This document shows positions 55,268 to 64,000 of a stretch of 64,000 bases of DNA, piece after piece (position 1 is the first letter of the stretch; each line of letters begins with the position of its first letter). The notes under the pieces were generated by a model that worked only from the letters and a program-made list of their open reading frames with translations, was not told the DNA's origin and searched no databases. Where the stretch lies: the NCBI RefSeq assembly GCF_000150275.1, contig NW_002060946.1, positions 1,817,454 to 1,881,453 on the forward strand, in the 5' to 3' direction. A program made the position numbers and the translations under genes. Source of the DNA: Trichoplax adhaerens (taxonomy: Eukaryota; Animalia; Placozoa).

Positions 55268-55440
55268 GTACGGTTCGGTGCGGTATGGTGCGGATCGGTA
55301 CGGATCGGTACGGATCGGTATGGAGCGTCGTGCAGTAGTACTGGATTGAGTTAGTCCATGCCAGTACAGTACAGTACAGTACTGTACACTGTACAGTAAA
55401 CTACGAAAGTACTGTAACAATACTGTACTGTACTGTATGG
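55268..55440. repeat. Pentamer microsatellites (CGGTA/CGGAT)n and inverted (CAGTA)n...(TACTG)n upstream of COPG
   Basis: GTACGGTTCGGTGCGGTATGGTGCGGATCGGTACGGATCGGTACGGATCGGTATGG at 55268-55323; (CAGTA)4 at ~55362; (TACTG)3 at ~55421. Confidence 0.85.
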
Positions 55441-55574
55441 ACAGCAGGTGTTGTTGCTTGACTTGTACGCTACTGTTTTGTTCCGCTATGGCTACCGTAC
55501 TGTCACTACGGAAAGATTGCAAGGCTTTACACTGCGGTAGAGCACTAGAGCAATACAGTACATTGTTGTCGAGG

Positions 55575-56061
55575 TCAATCATGGAGTGTCTGTCCGTCTC
55601 ATATGGCTGAAGGAGTGAATGAAGGAATCAGAGATGGCAGACTAACTAACTTCCGACGTTGGTGTGTTTGGTATTGCGTTCCTTCATTTTTTCTCTTTTG
55701 AAAGAGGTCAATGTGGAATGGAGTGGATCGTCAAGACAGCCCAAACCAAGTGGAGTTAAGGAATGCCAATTGCTGAGAACGAACTGTGGTAGCCTTGTAC
55801 GGTGATTAGATCAATCATGGGCGCTCTGACTAGAGTGTCTGTCCGTCTCACATGGCTGAAGGAGTGAATGAAAGGATAGACGATGGCAGACTAAGTAACC
55901 CCGGACGTTGGTGTGTTTGCTATTGCGTTCCTTCATTTTTCCCTCGTTCAAATAGGTCAATGTGGAATGGAGCGGATCATCAAGACAGCCCAAACCAAGT
56001 GGAGTTAAGATGTGCCAATTGCTAATTGAGAACGAACTGTGGTAGCCTTGTACGGTGATTA
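55575..56061. repeat. Tandem duplication of a ~240-bp, relatively GC-rich element (candidate structured ncRNA or small non-autonomous element)
   Basis: Copies at 55575-55808 and 55811-56061 both start TCAATCATGG and end GGTAGCCTTGTACGGTGATTA, with high identity throughout. Confidence 0.9.
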
Positions 56062-57853
56062 CATCAACTCTGACGCTACGCATTGCCATGGGCATTTAAA
56101 GAAAGAAAAATAGATCGACAGGACCGCGCCGAAAGAAGAGAACCTGCTCTATCTATACTGTGTACTGTATTCAAGCTGAAGTAGACACCCATTGACATGA
56201 CCAAGACGAGAGATCCCCCCAACATCATCGCTGCAAAATTATACTGCAATGCAGATATCCTGCCTGTCTACTAACGTGTCTTGGTTGACAATTTTGAAAA
56301 GGTGAAGCTCATTTGAGATCAATTTTGAATGAGTTTACTCTTAATGAACCGTAGAAGTGTCATTGAATCAAAAAGTATGCTATCCATGAAGGACCTTGCG
56401 TATACTGTCTACTGTATAAACGGCAAAGTCCTTTGACTACGATTTCTCCATCTTCCATAGGAAGAGCGAGTCAGTGGGAAGGATATCAATGACCAGAGTG
56501 GATGTGTACTGTACACTAAGTACAGTCAGGGACTGCTCAAGACTATCATGCTGTAGTCTATAAATTAGATATCGTACGTGAATTCTGCCAATGGATTCTT
56601 ATAATGGAACTCTTCCTCTATCGACTGATTTGTATTTTATTGATTTTTTTATTGAAAATTTCAATTTTTGTCCATCACATTTCTCGGGAAAAAGTTCTGG
56701 GACAAAATGGACAGTAGGCCCAGCCATATATAACCCGATTACTCAGATACTCAGCGTAAATAGCTTCAACGATGATACGTTTGAGTATCTGAGTAATCGG
56801 GGTTATTATGGCTGGGACGGATGGACGGTACTGTACAGTGTACAGTGCCCTATCGTACTGTAGCGTCAACGCGGTCATGTTGTCATCCACATCCTATACC
56901 ATTTATTTTACCCAAGAGCCTGGAAAGAGAACTGCCTCACATCGTACATACTGTACTGTACACTAACCCTAACCCTATCGTAGTGTTAACGCAGTGATGT
57001 TGTCATCCATGCACAGTACTATCCTCAACTCCAGAGGTACAGTACTGTGAAGACGATGTAAATCAGCAGCAAAGTATAAAAATCGATGAGCACCATTTAC
57101 AAACTATGGCCCACCTCCATGGCTATTCGAGGAAAAGAACAGAAATATTCAGCATACCAGTAGGCTCAACATTGTTACAGTAGTTGCTTTCAAACAGGGA
57201 TCATTTCACCCAATGACATTGGCATGGTCAATCCATTATGATTAAGTTTAGTTGCAATAAGTGATCTTATTGGCATGTGTTTACAAACTTAAACTCATGC
57301 AAAAGTGTTGAGAATAATTATTCAATGTATTCAGCTTGAAAGTTGCACCAAATCTTCATGCCGGTCATAAGCTATTGCCTAGGTAATGAATTAAAACCAG
57401 ATTTTGCAAACTGTATCATGAAGAATACTGCAATATCTTTCTATCTTGCTCTTATTATCCCATAAACACCTGTTCATAAACAGTAGTATTCAATCATGAC
57501 CTACTGCATCGAGCTAGACGCCGTTAATGCTTGCTTACAAGTATGAGCATAGGTGTAGTATACCGTACTGTAGTTCAAATTGAATAGATGATAATAATTA
57601 ACCTTTTCATTTGTCTTCTATTCTAGTATAAACCTTCTTACTTACCTATTCAATCAACACATAGCTCATGCTGTAGACGAATGGAATGAACTTTATGGAC
57701 ACTTTGTAGCTTTCAGCAAAATGAAATACAACAACGACTGAACTAACGAACCATTAACTCGACAGTTGCATTGGTAAACTTACTCGTAGATTGACGAATG
57801 AGCCACCGATTGATTCTTGCTTTACATATTCTATATTTTATCGATCAGCTTCT

Positions 57854-60800
57854 ATGAACAGCTGCCTATTTGCGTACAATGCAAAAATCTCACGCCTATA
57901 TCTAATTGGTAAAACTATTATCGGTGTAATACATTTACGATTGGTCTACGTCCAAGATTAACATTGAAATGATACGTCAAAAAGCATTCATCTATTTGGC
58001 ACTTTCTTCCCATATTATTATCTTAACTGCAATCAATAATGCGATATCCTTTATCTTGGTAGCTTCTATCTTCTCTGCATTTATTAATTACTTGCAATCG
58101 CTTAAGAAAGAAAAATGGTAAGTGACGAATATCAATGCACTAGCCATGCCAACTTTATATAATTTATAATTTTCATTCATGAACGACAGTATTATTAACC
58201 TCATTACTTGTGGGACGATAGAAGCATTCATCCTTTCTGTACATTTACAGTAGAATGTAATGTCTATCCACGCAAAAATTGGCGAGTTGTGGTGACTCGC
58301 AAATAAACAAATATTAAAATTGGAAGCTTCACATTCTGATTGATTGTCCACCATTTTTATGCTTACGCGTACAAACAACACCCCACTATTAACCCAAGTC
58401 ATTATCTCATCCCTATCTAGTAACTAGAACGATCTTGCAATATACTAATGTACTCTTTTAATATGAAATACGTGTACGCGCATTCAATTTTATCAATACA
58501 AATTGAATAAATAAATTCTATTCTTTATAGGGCTATACTACTGTACTTACTCTCAGCAATATGCCTATTACTGCTAATGGTTTTCTATTGCACAACAACG
58601 TGGCTGCGACATCCTCTGGCTGTCACTCTTGCATTCCAAATTTGTATTTCAATACATTTCTTCTTAACTGCCTTATGGGGTTTACTGCAATTCGATCTCA
58701 TGAACGACCAATACCCAATAATATATCAAAAAATACAAAAATTATTATTATACATTTACCCTGTGACCCATTCTGTTATTATAACCTGGATTATATCGAG
58801 CGTGGTAGGACCTACATTCTTGTCGTTTATCCTATCTCTTACAATGTAAGTATACAATTTGTACCTTTCAACTGTTATGGCAGTGATGTGACTCCTACTT
58901 ATTAATGATAACAGTCAATGTAGTTACCTTAATTAGACAAAATATTTAATTACTAATTTTAAGACGCAACGACCATATCCGACATCGCATTCATATCTTA
59001 AGAACAATAACTTGATACTGCCAATATTTTCCTCTCTTATTAACTTTAAACGACTGCGAAATAGGTTCTCTACGTTTGCTTTTGTCCTACAATCTTACCA
59101 CAAGAAACCATTGAAACTATCATCAGTCCGAAACAGAGTCATCGATACTGATGATGCTTTAAAATTACCTAAGAATACCTTCCTAATTTGGACATTATTT
59201 GCTACCTTAATCTACGCAGTTGATGTTATCAAAAGCGTCAATAGTAGCAATTCATATCAAGTAGCAATTGTGGAAGCATTCTGTCCAACAAGTCTTTACG
59301 TTTTTCTTATATCATTGCTTCGATCACATTACGGATTGTTTGAAAATAATGAAGGTATATTTAAGACAAAAGGATTTATTGCATATTTCGCCTTAATGAA
59401 CAGCAATCTCATCAACGATAATTCTAAATACTCGCATTTTAAATTAATGTCATGAAATTTAACATATTATATAACGTATATTCATGCAGTTGACCATAAT
59501 AGAAAGATTAAGCGTTACACCGGTGCCATTTGGTCTATCTTAGTGCTTGTTATAATTTTAAGAAAACCTATGGTCCGATCTACTAAAACAGTTTGGTATC
59601 AAGTAGTACAAACATTTTTACATGTAACTCTTTTATTTATAAATGAATCGGATAGACCACAGGTAACCTTTCCTACAACCTTTTTGATCAAAAATTACAG
59701 CACCAACAGTATGCGAAGATTGTGTGCACTCAATATATATATATATATCTTACTTTTTAGGGCTTAAAGAAGATCGCTGCTACTTGTTCCTCACTATTTA
59801 TTTACTTCTTAATGTTATCTGCAACCCCATGGTCTACCTTACTGCATAATATATCTATAACATTTTTCAAGATCACTATTTTACTCGCATCTACGTTAGC
59901 TCTTGCTATTACTTATATCTCAACCAGCCGTCACGGAAGCTCTTTCAATCTCCTCTTTACGTTATATTCAATAAAATACTGTATCCTGGAATATGTCATA
60001 ACCATGACATTGTCATACAAATTGGAAGTTTGTTGTCTTACTTCGGCTATTGCCAGTGGCGTTATACTTCGGTAAGGCTTATGCGTGAATAGTAACGCTG
60101 TATAATGACATCACTACAAATTACTCAATGTATAATATTAACTCTTCAACGTAGACTATATCATTGTAACAAGATAGAAAGAACTTCTGCGTGGATCTCT
60201 TTATCGTTATACATCTTGAAAGGCCTTATTGTTTTTTGTTGCCGAAAAGTAACCATCCATCTGGTTATATCTAGCCTTCCTTTAATACTTGGATTAACTG
60301 ATAACCTTTACTTTAGAAAAATATATCGCAATTATAAACAGGTTAGCGTTGTTAAATTTTAATGTACAATCAATTATAGTTTTCAGTACTTCTAATACGT
60401 CAATAATCTTTCGTTAGGTGTTGCTATGGTCATTTACTATAGTTTTACTAAGTAATTTAGCCGCCGAGCTTCTTGAAAATATTTGCAAAATGATATTCCG
60501 TTTTATCGGACTACAGCTCTCTTCTACTTCGTTTGGATTAATACTCTCTGCTGCAGTCATTTACAAAGGGGCAATATCTATTCCGTCACTCTCAAAACAC
60601 CATAAAAATACCTTCTTTTCATTGAGTATTTGTTTAAACTTATTAGTTATTCTACAACCAGATTATAGCATCGAATCCCTAGCGAATTTTACGAAAATCT
60701 TTATGTCCACAGGCGACGTATCTCCTGAAGATATTTTTTGTTTTCGATGGTCGTTAATAATTCTTACGATAATAGTCATTAATTTATCAATGCAAACGGT

Positions 60801-62053
60801 CGATCTCGAAAAGAATAGATTTCGAATCGTAGCATTTGCTGCAGTCTTTGGAATATGTTCTGGAGCAGCTTATACGGTCAAGGTAATTAAATGTTTACAA
60901 AATATTTAATTTAAATTTCCCAAACTCTGCGATTTAAACACCTATTTGCATTTTTTTCGTCTAAAACTGCTCACAAGACTATCTGATTTTTTATCTTATC
61001 TAGTTTATCTCCAAGTCTCATCGTAATGCTATAACGGGCGTTTGCTCATCATCGTGTTGTGCTACATTTATTATTTACTATATCATACGCAATCTTGAAA
61101 CGAAACTATTTACATCTAAGTGGATCCGTTGCATCTATTCATTATTTATGTTAAACACCGTATGGACATTATCGATTTTTTTCGGGACATGCCAGGCTGA
61201 CTTTTTCAATCAGGACTTATTTCATCTATGTTTTGGTAAGAAATCATATTTTAAAAATATTATTTGTTTGTCAGTCATCTTGAAATCTCTCTCAATGTCT
61301 TTAAAATTAATCAGACAATGGCCTGCTACTACCGTTGATATCAGAAACAATTGTTCTTCACTTCCTTGTTGGCGGTGCAAGCAAATATAAAAGATTATGG
61401 AATCCGTCAGTTTTTCGTTACGAAAATGAAGATTCATTTATGGAGATCATAGGAAATATTTCGATACTACTAGCTTATGTGTTACTACAACTGATACTGT
61501 TCTGGATACCCTATTCTATCCGTGCTCTAATTAGTTTCCCGTTATTGTCTCTCTTAAATCTTAATATCTCTGTTTCTCAAAAGTTGCAAGGAAGAGATAC
61601 AATTTTTTTGGCTGTGAGTGTGACAATAGTACAACTATTTGTTGCTGCATTCATCACTGTCATTCCTGATGATTTCACATTATTGAATATAGGCGGTAAT
61701 AAATTATCTCGTACAATATAAATTAAAATTGTATATCTCCACTAAGGACAAATATCGTGATTAACTGATAACTTTCTCGTATATTTCCATTAGAATCCTT
61801 GGTATTGACAATAGGTTTACTAGCAGCCATAGCAATCTTGTACTGTGGTTCATGTCTGGTACTTTCCTCGAAGCCTTTACAAGTCTATATTCAAGTTATA
61901 TACTGGAGTTTTCCGCTCTGTTTTCTTACTCTATGTTACGGAGCAAATATTGCAAAATTTCTTAGCCTCTGTTCAATTGGACTTACTATATTCATCTATC
62001 GAATTTTGCCTCATGATAAAAACCTTAATATTTATGAGTTCAAAAATAGCTAA
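57854..62053 (+). CDS. Uncharacterised ~930-aa multi-pass membrane protein, NO EXINE FORMATION 1 (NEF1)-like
   Basis: Eleven phase-compatible GT-AG exons (approx. 57854-57908, 57985-58117, 58531-58845, 59064-59354, 59490-59662, 59761-60071, 60154-60341, 60418-60882, 61004-61235, 61315-61695, 61794-62053) give one open, highly hydrophobic frame. Its motifs resemble Arabidopsis NEF1 as I recall it (see findings). The gene model is well supported; the family call is from memory. Confidence 0.72.
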
Positions 62054-63124
62054 CATTGTAAAAGATTAAAATTTATATTAATGATGTACATTTAACTTGT
62101 GTTCATTTTTATATCAAATTTTAACATAGTCTGATGTTTCAGAAGCAATTGATGTCTTTAAGCTATTACATCAATAAGATCAAAATTGATAAAATTACAA
62201 TTATGAACTTCATACGCATCCATAAAAGACTTTTTCAGTCTCTAAAGATAAACATCTTGTTAACTAGATTTTAATCTTTACTGCAGAATAATAGTAAATA
62301 TAAGTTACTGGTATTTTTTAGATAATCTTGAAAAGATTTTGTGAAGTTCTTATCCGTAAAGTTTTTCTATATTTTTACTAATGAATGACCCCGGTGTAAC
62401 TTTTTTGGATATATTAGTCAGAATTATCTGCTGTGTATTTGTTACCTAGGTACTTAAGTGTGGAATCATGGCATAACTTACTAACAGATAAAGTTAGACA
62501 TCAGCCTGTAAGAATTTGATATTTCATGCTACAATAAATACTTTATGGGCGGGTTACACAATAAAAAAATTTAATTTTATAATTGTTTTTTTATTCGTAA
62601 AACACTTAGCATCCAGATTATTGTCTGATATTAAATTTTGCTTTACATAATGTTACGTAAAATTGAGACAGTCTCTTCAATGCTGAAGAAATTATTTAAA
62701 CTTTAGGTTAATACCAAACATAGCATATATTGTAAGAAGGTATAAAAATGAGCAAAATAAGCAATCATTATCATGAAGGGAAATGGAGGTAAAAAGTAAA
62801 ATAATGAATGATAAAATTATACAAAATTATATACCTTATAGTTTTACAGTATTGCAATTAAAATTTGGTTTATGAAAATCATTTCATAAAAAGGCAATAA
62901 AAGACTGCAAAATTATGATATCTTAGAAATTTGATCTAGATGATTGCGTCATACATTATGATATGAGCCTAGCTGTCAGTCTAAAGCTTGACATTGATAA
63001 TGTAAATAAAATATGAAATAATACAGTCACGTTATTAATACAAACAGTGACTTGATATCCGCCATTTAAATTAAATTTAATACAAGCAATTGGGCAGCTT
63101 TTTCACATAGCTTGGTCACTGATC

Positions 63125-63580
63125 ACTAGATGTCATCGAAATAATATTGTTCGACAATTGGAGGTGGAACAAGAAGATATATTTTAAAGCCTACAATAGA
63201 GATTGTAACGTTCTAAGAACAAGGTAAAAGTATAAACTATTATAAATATTAGAAAATATATTGTTTAGTACATTACCTTTAATTTAGCATGATAGCAATA
63301 CAGATGGAACATAAGACTATCACACTAGGCAGTTAAACAAAGCTTAATAATACAACATTGTTTGGTTTGTAATCATTAATTGTTTAACGAAAGATATGTT
63401 GTATGATCAACGGTAATTTATCTTCGATATCTAAATTTTTGCAGATTCATTCTAAGATAATATAGAGCATGGTATATTTATCAAGGAATACAATAACCTA
63501 ACTCCTTTAAAAGCATTATTTATATAGAATAATCTGCTTTCCATCGAAGTACAGAGCACAAATTCTTTGCAACTCTAGCA
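63125..63580 (-). other. Possible 3'-terminal exons or relic of a minus-strand gene entering from the right edge
   Basis: Exon-like blocks with AG/GT ends (~63497-63576, ~63277-63430, ~63127-63191), but no consistent stop-free frame and no recognisable protein. Confidence 0.2.
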
Positions 63581-64000
63581 TAGAGAAAAGTAGCATATGA
63601 TGAAATGTCAAGATCATTTAAAATCAACAGTATTCAAGTATTGAAAATGAGTAGTTAAATAAATAAGTTATGTCAATAACTTTTTTTGACAGAATTAAAT
63701 TAGGGTAGATTAGGCTGAATTATACAACATTTAGTCTCTCGACGTTGATCACGCAAACCTTTCGTATAAATAATACATTGAAGCGACGCAGTGGTAATTA
63801 AAATTTGATTAAATAGTCACGATTTTTTAAGAAAATTCATTAACAACTCATTATGAATATGATATCGTAATTACAAAAGTGCGAACATGAATAATATTCA
63901 GAATTAATTCTTATTTTAAATATTGTCTCTAATGTTTGTAGCCCATTTTTTAGTTAAAATTTTTAAACAAAGACAAAGCCATCGCAAGTGAATAGAATAA

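Noticed and set aside
55604-55625. Hammerhead ribozyme core in the duplicated element
   Set aside because: CTGAAGG does not match CUGANGA, and there is no correctly placed GAAA/NUH with flanking stems.
55169-56095. Minus-strand ORFs 55169-55582 and 55811-56095
   Set aside because: They derive from pentamer repeats and the tandem duplication, indels between copies do not preserve frame, and no domain is recognisable.
58044-58053. ATATCCTTT resembling a U12 (AT-AC) 5' splice site
   Set aside because: It lies inside an in-frame coding exon (..NAISFIL..) that ends at a canonical GTAAGT donor at 58118.
58190-58430. Stop-interrupted frame suggesting the membrane gene is a pseudogene; also minus ORF 58088-58402
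   Set aside because: The region falls within intron 58118-58530. Splicing TG|G restores an intact frame.
61236-61390. Apparent frameshift between ORFs 61148-61390 and 61335-61721
   Set aside because: Resolved by a 79-bp GT-AG intron (61236-61314).

Overview
AT-rich, gene-dense eukaryotic animal DNA with many short (~70-110 bp) GT-AG introns. The composition and gene architecture look like a placozoan (Trichoplax-like) genome; this is an inference, not confirmed. Six spliced protein-coding genes were assembled by hand: CFAP92/DUF4550-type ciliary protein (-), HUWE1 HECT E3 ligase (-), UPF2 (+, head-to-head with HUWE1), SUCLG2 (-, tail-to-tail with UPF2), coatomer gamma COPG (-), and an 11-exon, ~930-aa polytopic membrane protein (+). 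The last one shares several collinear motifs with plant NO EXINE FORMATION 1 (NEF1) and is the most novel item. Non-coding highlights: a tandemly duplicated ~240-bp element upstream of COPG with a hairpin/pseudoknot-like pairing pattern (candidate structured RNA); a 10x64-bp minisatellite in the SUCLG2 promoter; an RFX X-box upstream of the ciliary gene; CAGTA/TACTG pentamer arrays near several 5' ends; and several satellite-like arrays. The human orthologues of five genes map to one ancient paralogon. No tRNA, rRNA, CRISPR array or autonomous transposon was recognised.
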